The notes under the pieces: generated by a model
Told to the model about the DNA's origin: nothing
Databases searched by the model: none
What the model saw: only the letters and a program-made list of their open reading frames with translations
Source: Phoronis australis
Taxonomy: Eukaryota; Animalia; Phoronida
Reading direction: 5' to 3'
Length of the DNA: 64,000 nucleotides
Assembly: GCA_002633005.1 (NCBI GenBank)
Contig: NMRA01000755.1
Coordinates: 62,001-126,000 of the forward strand
In this document: one piece after another, positions 13,082 to 27,200 of the stretch
How positions within the stretch are numbered: position 1 is the stretch's first letter
Layout: every line of letters begins with the position of its first letter
Made by a program: the position numbers and the translations under genes

Positions 13082-14760
13082 GTAAGCTTCAAAGAGTTAT
13101 TTTTCTACTAAATTAGACAAATATTTTAATTTTACCTGAATATGAATATTCTGTCGTGTTATTCTTGAAGCAGGCATCACGTAGATGAAAGTAGCACCAC
13201 TTCATATATTTCACTTAATATATTTTCCGGAAATTCATAGCTGGTGCTTGCAAATGAACGAAGAATTCATTTTCATAATATCTTTATTTCTAGATGTAGA
13301 CAATTTGCGTCTGGCCAGTGAGCTAATAGTTGTCTGCAACAACACTAGGAACAGAAATACAGCTCTGTGATAACTTACGTGAAGAAAGATTATTTGCACA
13401 CACATAGACTTCAAATAGTTTCTAATCTTAGTTTCATTTGTGATCAAAAACGCATTTTAGCATACCGTGTTTGACAACGGGTTGTCAGGTTTTGTATCGT
13501 ATTACTTATTCAACGAAGTAACCGGGCTCTGTTTGCAGTGAAAACATAAATAAACGTATTTTCTTATGACAAATAAAAGTTAAGGGAAGTTCTTAATCTC
13601 TTGATCTGCCAACACGTCGTTAGTATACCTAAAGAAAACACATTTCATAGGTCGCACATTGTTTACTTTACACTTTTGACAAAGTAACTTACAGACGTCA
13701 GTAACACTGCTACCACAACATTGATATACCTCAACCGCAAACTAGTGTACCGCAGCGATTTACTTTGAATGTCCATTAAGAAGCTATTAAAATTGTATTT
13801 ACCGATAACCATTTCATTTTTGTCCACCTTTAAGACAACATTCTCTACAACCACATTAAAAGTGTTCATCTTGTACATATCTCTCGATACTTTGTCATAT
13901 ACTAAAGAGATATTACAAATTACCATGAAAATATCATTTCAGATTTTGACCAGACACAACCTCACCACAAACAACAACAGGAATTAAAACAACGTTTAAG
14001 CATTTTGTCAAATCCAAAGCGTTGCTTTATTTGAATCTGTAATACACATTTTGTCGCGTTACATTTCCATCGCCTATTTTTTTCTGTGCAACTAGTGAAT
14101 GTCGTTATTGACCCAAATGTCACAAATTGGCGTTTGTTTACGCGACTTCGCTCTTGAAAACATTTATTTTTATTTTCAGTACTCAATGACAACTCAGACG
14201 ACCTTGACAGCAGTAAAAGAATAAGGACGGCATTCACGAGCACGCAGCTGTTGGAACTTGAGAGAGAATTCTCCGTCAATATGTACCTTTCAAGGTTGAG
14301 GAGGATTGAGATTGCTACCTATTTGAATTTGTCAGAAAAACAAGTGAGTGTTTATCCTTACCGAGTGTTTATGAAAATCACAGAAACAGAATTGTTCAAG
14401 CAACATGTCCATGTAGAATGTAAAATGAAACCATCCAGAAAATAACATATCATTTGTTATCATTGGAAAATACGCACGTTATTCGAAAAAAATGTTTTTG
14501 AAGTTTAACTTTTTCTAATATTTTAGGTCAAGATCTGGTTTCAAAACAGACGTGTCAAGTACAAGAAAGAAGGGAGCGAGTCACGTGACAACTGTCGTTG
14601 TCTGCGAACCTGCTCATCGTCTCGTCAAAAGAGGAAACGTCATTTAGCAGACGACCGTGATGATGACATCACACGACAAAGGATGAACGACAAAGATGAA
14701 CCTTGCAGTTCTGATTCAGAACATTCCGATTGTCATGAAGAGAGAATATCATCGCCGTAG
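12730..14760 (+). CDS. Gsx: Gsx (Gsh/ind) ParaHox homeobox gene; exons 12730-13081, 14180-14343 and 14527-14760 (~249 aa), plus a possible extra exon 13943-13993
   Basis: N-terminal [11 protein letters not shown] motif and CPLC motif typical of Gsx. Homeodomain [44 protein letters not shown]|[15 protein letters not shown] is diagnostic of Gsx. All GT-AG junctions are in frame. Stop TAG at 14758-14760 and AATAAA at 15093. Confidence 0.96.
14180..14343 (+). CDS. Gsx: Gsx exon with homeodomain helices 1-2
   Basis: Acceptor ttttcAG at 14178-14179; [18 protein letters not shown]...LSEKQ; donor GTGAGT at 14344. Confidence 0.96.
14527..14760 (+). CDS. Gsx: Gsx last exon (helix 3 and C-terminus)
   Basis: Acceptor ttttAG at 14525-14526; [29 protein letters not shown]...; ends at TAG. 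Confidence 0.96.
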   Translation, partial: VKIWFQNRRVKYKKEGSESRDNCRCLRTCSSSRQKRKRHLADDRDDDITRQRMNDKDEPCSSDSEHSDCHEERISSP

Positions 14761-15217
14761 TGATCTGAAAAAAGTAGTTTCCCTGGTTAAGTCACATGTG
14801 AAAGAAACTTGTGATTCGACTATGAAAAAGCAAGAGATTATGTTCAGAAAAGCGGCAAATTTTACTGACTGTGTTAGTTTGGATTATTTTTATACCGTTT
14901 GTATTTTTGTGTATTTGTGTAAAACACCTGACTTAAGGGACTGCCGTCGAAAGATGATGTTGAGTTGGGCATGTAACTATTTTTAAGTTCGGTGATAGTC
15001 ATGACAACGGTGATTCGTCATTCATTGTCTACATATCACCGGGGAAGTATTCTCTCCTGTTAATAAGATAGCCGAGAATAGTCAAATTTTGGAATAAATT
15101 GTTGAGATCAACTGAAACTAGGTTTACTTATCACTGCTGCTTTGGGTTAAGAACTTTTTTGGTTTCGGCATTAGTTAAGTATGGTTTTATAAGAAGTTGG
15201 GATCGAGTTTAGATTTC

Positions 15218-18200
15218 CATCACTTTTAAGCACTGATGCAGGGATATTGTTCAACAGAAAGAGAATGAATTATTAAGAACCAGTACGAAATTTGATTCTG
15301 ATCGAAAGTTCATATGTCTTGACAGTTACCTTAAACGCATAAATAGAGTTGATACTAGAACTCAAGTAAATAGTCTTCGTTGTTCTTTGTAGACTTTCAT
15401 GTTTGAAGGAGTCAGACTTTCGGGTTATACTCAGCACGAGAGACAGTGACTTTGCAAAAAAAAAATGATTTTCAGAGACCAGCCGCGGAGTCAAACCTGC
15501 AACCATCACGGTTTGTAGCCAATCACTCTGCTTGAGAACCAAACCCCACTTGATAAACGGCAGAGTATTTAAGCAAATTTAAACGGTGAAGTCACCGACT
15601 TTGACTTCAGCAATTGTCTGGCTGACAACAGCGAGAAGAGGTGAATAAAGTCATTAAACTAAAACATTGTTCGCTGTTTTATAGCTCTAGTCAAAGCTCG
15701 TAACCTCAAGAAGTCTATTTCATTCAATGGCAATCCCAAAATTCGCTGAGGTAAACACGTTTGAACGTTTAGTCATCGTACATGTGTACGCCACTTCTGG
15801 TCTGTTTTCGCAGAAAATCTTTACCTGTAATGTTCCAGTTCTACTGAGTGTAGATGGTAAAAAGATTCCAGAATGTAAGTTCTGCAGTATTTATTGTTCT
15901 ACACAGCATTAGCTAGCTTTTCTGTTTGTATACAGCTACACTTTGGACGTTTTCTCAAGATTTTCGCATATTTCTGAGCCAGAACCATCATATCTATCTA
16001 GCCTTGTGGTTCTTTTTGTTGTGGTGGACTATTTTGAGCTCATTTAGTGTCAACTATCATTCAAGGATGCTTAACAGCAATATATAGTAAATGATTTCTA
16101 GAGATGGGATCAAAATTATAACTCTACAGTTCTGGAATCAATTTCGTTTTGGCATGAACATTTAAATGAAGAATCTCGTGCCTACAGCGATAAAAGTAGA
16201 ATAAAGTCAAAAATACAATTCTTGTGATAATACCCTGCTTAATTACACTTGTGCTTGGAATGACCCTTTTCTGGATACCTGAAAGCTAAATACCTACATA
16301 TACCTGAAAGGTTTAATGCGGCGCCAATTGGTGACAAATGTATTTCTGTGATGCGACTAGAAAACAAACCTGAAGTGTGTCGTGTTTTTAAATTCGTTTT
16401 TAACCTTTAAAAGCAGTAAAGAGCAGTGTTCCGGTTCCACGTAATTTAGTTTCATATCACCGTATAATTTCGTATTGTACAAAAACAAGGGACGGTGGAC
16501 TAACTTAATGTAATAAAATGCATTTACAGAACAGTGTCTTCTTTTGTTGGTCACGTGACGTGCTTTCGTGTTAAAGTTCCTCTTTAGGGTTCAGTTTAGT
16601 TAAAATCTTCTTAAAACGGTTAGTACAGTCGCAACTCAACACGACTTCAAATAATTCCAACCTTAACTGAATTTAATATATTTTTAGTTTAATCTTTATT
16701 TTTGGTGGTGCACCACCACCTAAAAGGACTGATGTAGTGAGTGACAGTTGACTCGTGCTTTGCCGTCATATGTAATGTTTCCGCGGAAGCCCCGCCCTTT
16801 TAAAAGAATAAAAATTAATAGTAAATAATGCAATCGCAAACACGGCTGAAAGTTACGAAATTTAAATTTGCCAAGGATATGTCATTCGACTGGCGAAACT
16901 ATGAAGGTAAAGGAAGGAGTATTTAAAAAGTTTATTACTTTGATTATGCAGCATGAAAACAAGGACACGTAAATCATGCAAGTTTACTTTTAGGTTAACA
17001 ATACCTGGGTGAACCCTCAACGTTTCGAGTAGCATAGCGCTGTCGATGCAAAATACAAGTACAATTTAGTCGCCAAAATTTACATCGTCTGTTTGCATAT
17101 TATTAGAGGATAGCGAATTACTCCTTCAGCCATTTTTTCCGGCACCAAGAAAATAGAATTTCAGATTTACAATAAAAATGGTATGCTCAAAAATATTTCA
17201 TGGTCAGTTACATTATTCACATGCTTGCAAGTACAGTATATATTTTAACAGGATCTTGCCTAAGCAATTTCATTACCCATTCGCTATTGCTGGCGCATCT
17301 GCTCTTTAGACAATGTCAGCNNNNNNNNNNNNNNNNNNNNNNNNNNNNNNNNNNNNNNNNNNNNNNNNNNNNNNNNNNNNNNNNNNNNNNNNNNNNNNNN
17401 NNNNNNNNNNNNNNNNNNNNNNNNNNNNNNNNNNNNNNNNNNNNNNNNNNNNNNNNNNNNNNNNNNNNNNNNNNNNNNNNNNNNNNNNNNNNNNNNNNNN
17501 NNNNNNNNNNNNNNNNNNNNNNNNNNNNNNNNNNNNNNNNNNNNNNNNNNNNNNNNNNNNNNNNNNNNNNNNNNNNNNNNNNNNNNNNNNNNNNNNNNNN
17601 NNNNNNNNNNNNNNNNNNNNNNNNNNNNNNNNCATCACTTTTAAGCACTGATGCAGGGATATTGTTCAACAGAAAGAGAATGAATTATTAAGAACAAGTA
17701 GGAAATTTGATTCTGATCGAAAGTTCATATGTCTTGACAGTTACCTTAAACGCATAAATAGAGTTGATACTAGAACTCAAGTAAATAGTCTTCGTTGTTC
17801 TGTGTAGACTTTCATGTTTGAAGGAGTCAGACTTTCGGGTTATACTCAGCACGAGAGACAGTGACTTTGCAAAAAAAAATGATTTTCAGAGACCAGCCGC
17901 GGAGTCAAACCTGCAACCATCACGGTTTGCAGCCAATCACTCTGCTTGAGAACCAAACCCCACTTGATAAACGGCAGAGTATTTAAGCGAATTTAAACGG
18001 TGAAGTCACCGACTTTGACTTCAGCAATTGTCTGGCTGACAACAGTGAGAAGAGGTGAATAAAGTCATTAAACTAAAACATTGTTCGCTGTTTTATAGCT
18101 CTAGTCAAAACTCGTAACCTCAAGAAGTCTATTTCATTCAATGGCAATCCCAAAATTCGCTGAGATAAACACGTTTGAACGTTTAGTCATCGTACATGTG

Positions 18201-19824
18201 TACGCCACTTCTGGTCTGTTTTCGCAGAAAATCTTTACCTGTAATGTTCCAGTTCTAATGAGTGTAGATAGTAAAAAGATTCCAGAATGTAAGTTCTGCA
18301 GTATTTATTGTTCTACACAGCATTAGCCAGAATGTAAGTTCTGCAGTATTTATTGTTCTACACGGCATTAGCCAGAATGTAAGTTCTGCAGTATTTATTG
18401 TTCTACACAGCGTTAGCTAGCTTTTCTGTTTGTATACAGCTACACTTTGAACGTTTTCTCAAGATTTTCGCGTATTTCTGAGCCAAAACCATCATATCTA
18501 TCTAGCCTTGTGGTTCTTTTTGTTGTGGTGGACTATATTGAGCTCATTAGTATCAACTATCATTCAAGGATGCTTAACAGCAATATATAGTAAATGATTT
18601 CTAGAGATGGTATCAAAATTATAACTCTACAGTTCTGGAATCAATTTCGTTTTGGCATGAAAATTTAAATGAAGAATCTCGTGCCTACAGCGATAAAAGT
18701 GGAATAAAGTCAAAAATACAATTCTTGTGATAATACCCTTCTTAATTACACTTGTGCTTGGAATGACCCTTTTCTGGATACCTGAAAGCTAAATACCTAC
18801 ATATACCTGAAAGGTTTAATGCGGCGCCAATTGGTGACAAATGTATTTCTGTGATGCGACTAGAAAATAAACCTGAAGTGTGTCGTGTTTTTAAATTCGT
18901 TTTTAACCTTTAAAAGCAGTAAAGAGCAGTGTTCCGGTTCCACGTAATTTAGTTTTCATACCACCGTATAATTTCGTAATGTACAAAAACAAGGGACGGT
19001 GGACTAACTTAATGTAATAAAGTGCATTTACATAACAGTGTCTTCTTTTGTTGGTCACGTGACGTGCTTTCGTGTTAAAGTTCCTATTTAGGCTTCAGTT
19101 TAGTTAAAATCTTCTTAAAACGGTTAGTACAGTCGCAACTCAACACAACTTCAAATAATTCCAACCTTAACTGAATTTAATAAATGTTTCGTTTAATTTT
19201 TATTTTTGGTGGTGCACCACCACCTAAAAGGACTGATGTAGTGAGTGACAATTGACTCGTGCTTTGCCGTCATATGTAATGTTTCCGCGGAAGCCCCGCC
19301 CTTTTAAAAGAATAAAAATTAATAGTAAATAATGCAATCGCAAACAGGGCTGAAAGTTAAGAAATTTAAATTTGCCAGGGATATGTCATTCGACTGGCGA
19401 AACTATGAAGGTAAAGGAAGGAGTATTTAAAAAGTTTATTACTTTGATTATGCAGCATGAAAACAAGGACACGTAAATCATGCAAATTTACTTTTAGGTT
19501 AACAATACCTGGGTGAACCCTCAAAGTTTCGAGTAGCATAGCGCTGTCGATGCAAAATACAAGTACAATTTAGTCGCCAAAATTTACATCGTCTGTTTGC
19601 ATATTATTAGAGGATAGCGAATTACTCCTTCAGCCATTTTTTCCGGCACCAAGAAAATAGAATTTCAGATTTACAATAAAAATGGTATGCTCAAAAATAT
19701 TTCATGGTCAGTTACATTATTCACATGCTTGCAAGTACAGTAAATATTTTAACAGGATCTTGCCTAAGCAATTTCATTACCCATTCGCTATTGCTGGCGC
19801 ATCTGCTCTTTAGACAATGTCAGC
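15218..19824. repeat. ~2.1 kb tandem duplication across an assembly gap (copies 15218-17320 and 17633-19824; Ns 17321-17632), probably uncollapsed haplotypes
   Basis: Both copies start catcacttttaagcactg and end tagacaatgtcagc, with the breakpoints exactly at the gap edges. They differ by scattered SNPs and small indels. Confidence 0.9.
18282..18416. repeat. 45-bp unit x3, present only in the second copy of the duplication
   Basis: ccagaatgtaagttctgcagtatttattgttctacacagcattag x3 here; a single unit at ~15868 in copy 1. Confidence 0.9.
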
Positions 19825-20934
19825 TCCCCTTTCGTGATCCGTCTTTAGTGAACTAGTTAACTGCTAATTTCATGCCTTGGACACGTATAATTTATCCAGG
19901 CTCTTAGCAGCATGTGTACAACATATCACTTATCCTCCACGGTTTAAGAGGAGCGTGAGGAAACGACAAACACTTTCCTGGAACTTAGCCGATACAAGCA
20001 CTCTATCATCTACATTACGCTAGATTTACTTGATCCATTTAATTGTCAAGAATTTCTACGCAATGCATATAGTGAAGTTTAAAAGTATTGAAAGTTTACT
20101 TATAATAAATAATCTATGATTTTTACGTCTTATTTCAACTTATACATTTATAATAAGAGCCCAAAATGTTTACTATCCGCACTCGAACTTATAAACAAAA
20201 ATATAACTAGACTGGCACTTCTAAGCAAGAAGGAAGCATTTAAGATGAAAAAGTATTTATAATCAGATTACGACCTATTTAATGCGTAACCCTGTCAATA
20301 ATTTAATTTAGCGATTTGTGTATTGAAACACGCATGTATTTACGACTGAACCTGAAACAGAGTCAACCTTTGTCATCTTTTCCTCATAATGAAAAATACT
20401 CAACATCAACAACAACAAACTAATCTACTTGAAGCAAATCAAGTGTAAACAATTGGTTCAAATGATGATTGAAGATTTAATTAATGAATATAATTAATTT
20501 AATTAACAACAGACCACTCAGCACACTTTTGTATTTACTGTACGAACATGCGATACCACAGCACAACACGTTATATCGTCCTAAAAAGTGTTGCCGCCAC
20601 TCTCCAAGGTATTTCGCCATGTTTATAGACCAGTAACGATAAATTCACGCCCTTATCAGAATGATCCACAGCCGTTTTATTCAATATTTTACCTTGTGAT
20701 TATAGGACCTGCAGAACCATCGCTTTTTGCCTAAATGTGGAGAATTACACTGGTGTGTAAGGGTATGCCCAAAATCGATTACTCTAAGCCCAAACTCTAA
20801 ACACAATTCTAACCCAGGTTGCCGCAAAATTCAACTTCCTCAAACTCCTCGTCAGCAATTTCGCATTTGGTCCAACTGTTTAATATCTTTGGCTACGTTA
20901 GGGCCTAGTTCCATCCTTAACCTGAAGTAACCAT

Positions 20935-21255
20935 CAGGGGCGGGTCCAGGATTTTGAATTAGGGGGGCCAGGGCAGAGGAATAACCATAATTTCAGCAGA
21001 TGCGCGCGCCCAGCCTAAAATGTGGGTATGCAGGGCTCTCGAGTTTTTGGGTTTGCGGACCTGTTGACTAACAAAAAAGAGAAACGGTAAACGGGGTTTG
21101 TTTAGGACCTATGCATTGTTTATTCAACCCCCAAGCCCCCCTGGTTGCGTGCATGCGCTAGTCAGCAATTCGCACCCGAACTCCCAAATGGTATCTGGTA
21201 GAATTTTAGGGGGGCCACGGCCCCCTTGTCCCCCCCTCCCCTAAATCCGCCACTG
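20935..21255. mobile_element. MITE, family A (longer copy) with a perfect 5-bp TSD
   Basis: Runs caggggcgggtcc...aaatccgccactg, flanked by ACCAT on both sides. Confidence 0.85.
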
Positions 21256-24200
21256 ACCATAGTTTTAACTCTAAAGACAACTCTAACCCTACCGTAGGTA
21301 ACTATGTCACATGGAGACTAACAATGGTACCGATTGGGAAACTTTGTCCTGGGCACATGGATAGTGTCCATGTTTCCATAATTTCATGTACATGGTGCTG
21401 TCGTCAACGTAGTCGTGCTATTTTGAACAACATACAGTTTACATGTTTGATTAAGAATTCCTGAATCGTGGCCCACCCTATTCGGAGAGTAATTATGCCA
21501 GTCATATAATAATGTAAGTATGTTCCGATGATCAATGTGAGAACAATACTAATCCAATGTACGACCAGACGTTCATACTCATGCTTATAGTTTGCAGGCA
21601 ATCACCATTACTTTGTCTTGCGATCCCTCAGATCACTAAAACTGTACCGCGTGAAGGCTGCCGTCCGTCACAAAAGTACTGTTTGTTTAGGTTCTAAACA
21701 ATTATGGAGTTGTCTCCAACTTGCTCCTTACGCAGGTAAGAATTGAAATCTTGGCTTTAAATTAGTTACTGCTAAAATATTTTAAGCCCTAAACATCACA
21801 TTTCTTTTTGATGAAAGTTTTGTATATAAAAGCTTTGGGTTTTCGAAATTTCCAACGTTAAAGATGGGTTTCGCCCCGTTTAAAAGGCTGAAAAACGAAG
21901 ACAGAATTAGCCATTTTAGTCTTTCGAAATCTGTCGCAAAATATTTCCTACCGTTATAGATTTTATTTCCGGGATCAACAAGAACATTGAAACCATCATT
22001 GACTCTTAAAAACGCTTCAAAATTTATTAGGGTTAGCCAACCCAAAAAATGTGAAATCGAAAATGGGGTATGTACGCATTTCCTGTTATTTGAGTTGCCA
22101 TCTCATAGGATGAGGGTGGTTATGTTTTTAAACCCCAAAGCGTTTTTCCGGTTTAAGAATTCAACATTGACAGCTAAACAGGCGAAATGCACCATTTAGG
22201 CTTAAAAGTGAAAGCCCATTCTGCAAAGGGTTTTTCGCTTAGGTTTATGACGAATATTTAAATCTTTACTTCAATGAAAAAATGATCACGCATTCGTTAA
22301 AATACTTATTTCCAACTTCTTTGTTTTAAAATACAAAGAATACGAGTAGCTTGAATTAATAATAACTGGCAACAAATAGGTATTATCAACATTTTCTTTG
22401 ACGACATTTTTCACGATTGGAAGTTAACAAAATACTCATTATTTCTTTGTGATCTTTCCGAGGCATCGGTGTTCAGTAAATATTTACCGTTCAACGTTGA
22501 GGTGGTTATTTAAATTTGGTCATTTAATACTACAACAGTTACTGTAAACACGGTAGTTTCTTAGCACAGTCTTAAGCTAGATATCTACCTTTTATTACAT
22601 AAAGAAAATCTTGCTCTGATGCGTCCTGTCCATTATTCGAAGAGTTTTGCGATGAAAGAGTCAAAAAGCAAGTCAATAAATCTTACAATTCCCAAGTCAA
22701 AAATTGCAAAACCTTTACTCAGCTGGAAAGGCTAGTGTATCTAAGCTTTTGTTGAAGTATTGCTCATTCAAACAGCCCCAGAGGAGTGTTTAACACGTTT
22801 TGTGCGTAATGCTAACACTCATTACAAACAACTTCCTGTCAAATTACACACATCTCTGAAGATTGAAAAGTTCAGTTGTAAATGAGAAGAATCGTTGTAT
22901 GCTTTAGACACTTTATGCTGTTGTATAAATAGTTTTGAAATTGATAAAAAAAAATTATTTGGCTTCCTTGGTCTTACGCTTTCAAGATTTTAACAGCTGT
23001 ATCGTTTCAGAAAACACTGTAGTAAAAAGAAGGAGACAAAGGTAGTCTACTGTCTGTTGCCCCGTACTTCCGGAATGAAATCAAATTTCGTAAATGTAAT
23101 AGGACAAAATTGTAAGACAAAACAAACTATAAACAGTTGTAAGTTTCTATGTGTTCAGTAAATAACGGAAATCGAACAAACATTCGCTGTTTCTGGGCTA
23201 TTTTTAGTTCAATTCCTCTGTTTTTATTACTTCAAACAATTTGAAACACGTGACGCTAATAATAAAGACACATTCAACACTTTTTTCGACAGTTTGGGAG
23301 TTGAGCACAGTTCGTAGATGGTTCATTGATTTCTCATTGTTCCAAATGCAATATTATGTATACACTCACATATTTACCAAGATACCGATTGTTTGCGCGT
23401 GAAAATGTATATCAAAGTCAGAGCTATCGAAACTAAAATCCCTTTGCTTGTGATGTTTAGATCGTTTTACCTATTGCTAGATTTAAGTCTACTCTGAAAA
23501 AAAACATTATGACCTGGCTATGAAATCATTATTTACGATGAAAAGAACATGGAATTGATGTTAACGTGGTCAACAGTCGACGACATAGTCATGAAGACGA
23601 CACGGCAACACAGCGCGTTGGTTTCACGGCATTCTACTCATGGTTTCGGCGAATTAGAGCGATACGCTAACATGCGCTGCTAAATTTATTGAGCAGGCTC
23701 GTAAAAAACACCCCCCTCCCATATGACTATACGAAGCAATACATTGTTTGTTTAAAAAAAGACAATGTCCTTCGGTCTTATGAAAATAACTTTCACTGGA
23801 CATAGAAACACGTACGCCCACTATCGGCTACTTTTCATTGTCTGTTCTTATTTTTCACACACGTCTGTTCCCATATAGTTAATTGTTACATTTTTGTAAT
23901 AACAGAAACTTCGAATAGCAGGTGAACCGTATAAATTAATGGTCAACATTATCCGTGAACAGCCATGGCTACAGGCTCTGATGTCTTATTGACACGGACG
24001 CTGGACAAACAAGAGCGCTGTCGTGCAAACTGTCCTCGTAGTCACCTGAGATTGACGGACAAAGTCGCCAGGCTGTTGTTTGCAATGGCCAAGAGATTCC
24101 CAGTTGTTACTGCATGTTTAGATTGTCTTTTTCACAATAAAAACCAATAACATGTGTCATTACGAAAACATTAAAAATACTGATAGTGTTTTATTGTCCT

Positions 24201-27200
24201 TATTCTTAAAAGTTTGTGCTTTCTCATATCAATAAAGCAATTAGTCAAAACACATGATGGGTTATATGCAAAGGAAACAGTGTAAAATGTGATCATACGT
24301 GTACGGAAATCACGATGACTATCAGAAAAGTAGTCCTAAACGATTCTAGACCATAATTTTCAACATTTTGTACAAACGTGTGCAATGTAAATCGTAAAAT
24401 CTGGTTTACATAAAGTTACGACACATTAATTCATGTACTCTAAAAATCGGGATATCAGTTTTTGCATTAAAAAATTGTTTTCATGTTTATCAGAAGGAGC
24501 TTCTGCGTGAAACGACTTCGATTACAAGTATAATGTACATGTATTTGGCATAATGCGATCATTTGAGAAATATCTGAAATTAGCATGCACGTAGCAATCT
24601 CAAGTAAGAAATGAACGGATTGAGGTCAATGATAACGGAATGTAAAATTGACACTGTTTGAAAGAGGAGGCTCAATGACTCAGTGCATTAGCAACGGTTT
24701 CACATATTTATCAAAAGCAAAAATAAAAATAATACTAATAATATGTATTAAAATTAACGATTCAGGGTGAATCACGTGATCCATGCAAGTAGGTGCGTTG
24801 AGTTTTATGCATTCTATAATGGGCAAACGCCTAACAAATGGCAAGACTCGAGGAAAGTGCTATCCATCAATCTTCCACTAGCTATTAACAGATCGTTCTA
24901 TGGCTGGTCAGATCTTGTAAATCCATTTTGCTTTGGCTTCACCTGCGGTCAGTGGATTATTTAATTGCCAACAATTCTTTACTGTTTGTTTAACAGCATT
25001 ACAAACCTGTCCATACCTCATTTGTCGCCAAAAGCACGTTAAGACTCTTTAATTGTAATAGTTAATTAACTAACCATCGAGAACCTTGCAATATGGTTAC
25101 GAGATTTAGATAAATGTATGACTGGGTGTGGAAGAGACAGCAATCGGCTATGTTTCTTGACCAGTTGCTTATTTAGACCGAATGAATCAAGAAGTAAAAA
25201 GTTAAAGTACAAACCTCCGTTTTGTTTTGAAATAATAAATGGTTTTCTTACAAATATCGCAGTGTAATAAGCAAAATGTAGAGCGACAAACACTACTAAG
25301 TGTCTTTTCTTCAAGTTTCTGTGTAGAGAAGAAGTCAGAAATATTGTAACGATTACGACATAAAAGACAATGCAAAATTTGGGTTTCAGAGAAATTCTTG
25401 TTTACAACGCGGTCTTCAGAACAAGAATGGGTAACACAAACTTCCAAACAAACAAGGCGCCTTGCGTACTTCACAACAGCGCTCCGAAGCGAGAAACGTG
25501 AACCAATAATAAAAGACAAAGTATGTTTATGTCGACAAAATATATTTGACAGCAAATGTAAAGTAGTATTTTGCTTATCCATGATTGTTTGAAATCATTA
25601 CATTGTCTGAATTTTGCAAAACAAAAAATAACTAGGAATAGTAATTGCATTATATGTATTAGAAAACTGCCATTTACGCTAGTATTCTAGACGCCATTGT
25701 ACCGTTAGCTTTTTAAAGGTCCTTTGTTATACGCACACATTCAGCCAATCGCATTGTTCCGTAGTTTTTTGCGCGCGAGATTTGTTTTGCAAAAGGGGGC
25801 GTAGTCGTAGTGGAAAGACGTGATTTTTTGCGTTCGCGTTAATTCTGCACAGATTTTCTTTTTTTAAAAAGTTGATTTTGATTGAAAAAATAATTGGCAT
25901 CATGACTGCGCTATGTTTTGTCCGCTTTGTGCTCTGAAACGGCTGGTGGTAGCCTAAGACTTTAACTCGCTAATATAATATGCGCGCCGTCGGCTCGCTC
26001 GGAAAATATAACTTCTTGGTTTGAAAAGAAGTCTTTGTGTCTTGTGTAAAGAAAGCCAACAACTGCAAAACACAAAGAACAATTAATCAGTACTTTTTTC
26101 GTCACACGGCAGATGGTCGAGGCAGGCTTGCATATTTCAAAAGCGACATGTATCCTCGCATTCTCACATTCTTCCCTTCCAATTTGTTTGTTTTCACGCG
26201 AGATGACAAGTGATTTAAGTTGGTTTTGTATGAAATTTTAGTCGTATTTTGTTAGACAGCCACTTAACGCCGCGTAGAGTACGTATTTAGAAAGTTTAGG
26301 ATGTATTTAAGATATAATTACATGGCAAAGCAGACAGCGTTCTTGACAGGAATTAACATCGTCCACGTGATAGGCAAGAGACCGCGGTATCCATAACGCG
26401 TGTTTCGAAACGATAAAAACGAATAAACTTTGAAATGTTTTGTTGTGATGGCATCAGTCTTTTGTTGATTCGTTTGACGCGTTATTCAGTGTCTTCTAAT
26501 TGCAATGGTTATTAACATTGGCACCAGCTATAGCCGAGTAACATGAGTTACTGGCACGCGGACAAGCCGTCATGAAACATTTTGTGTTTCTACATGTCTC
26601 ATAAGAAAACTGCAAGGCGACTATACTTCTTAATTTTATTGAAATTAAGAATATAAGGCAGCCCTTTGCACGGCCTATATAATTAACTCGACATTAAATA
26701 CAATGTTTTTGTATGCGCACGCTTGACAAGTGGTTAGCTGGGGATGACACTGGTGCTATCTTCAGGAGTCTTGGTAACTTGCCACGCCCCTTTTGGATGT
26801 AGTTTGCTCGTCTGGACTTGTTGCCAAAATTTTGTTCCGGTCTAAGCTAACGACTGCTTCAACGGTGGATTTAGCAGTTGCAGAACAAAGCCCCAGTGAT
26901 TATGCAATAATTTGAGAATGTGCGGTCCAGAGGAGGTTCTAATTCGTTTACCCCTTAGTCCCGCGGACCACATCTTCCGCTGGCAATTTCAACATCGCTT
27001 CAATTCCATCATCGCTTTCCAATCTTTCTGGAAGAAAAAAAAAATGATGTCATCTCTTGCCCTCACCAACGGCTTCACGGTAAGCAACTGCTCCAGAACG
27101 TTCGTCTTGTGGGACACCGTTATGAATTTACGACACTTAAATACTAACGAAATTGTAGTCTACGAGTACATTTCTTATGACTTGCCATTACTGACCTGCA

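Noticed and set aside
14696-14986. 96-aa ORF overlapping the end of Gsx
   Set aside because: It is out of frame with the Gsx last exon and runs into the 3' UTR, with no homology.
17200-17691. ORFs containing long X runs
   Set aside because: They are artefacts of the N gap at 17321-17632.
15727-18326. Duplicated 61-aa ORFs MAIPKFAE...
   Set aside because: They recur only because of the 2.1 kb duplication and have no recognisable domain.
22020-22040. TTAGGGTTAG as telomeric sequence or telomerase template (similar words at ~9628, ~21284 and ~57435)
   Set aside because: These are isolated 1.5-repeat words in AT-rich or repeat context, without adjacent structured domains.
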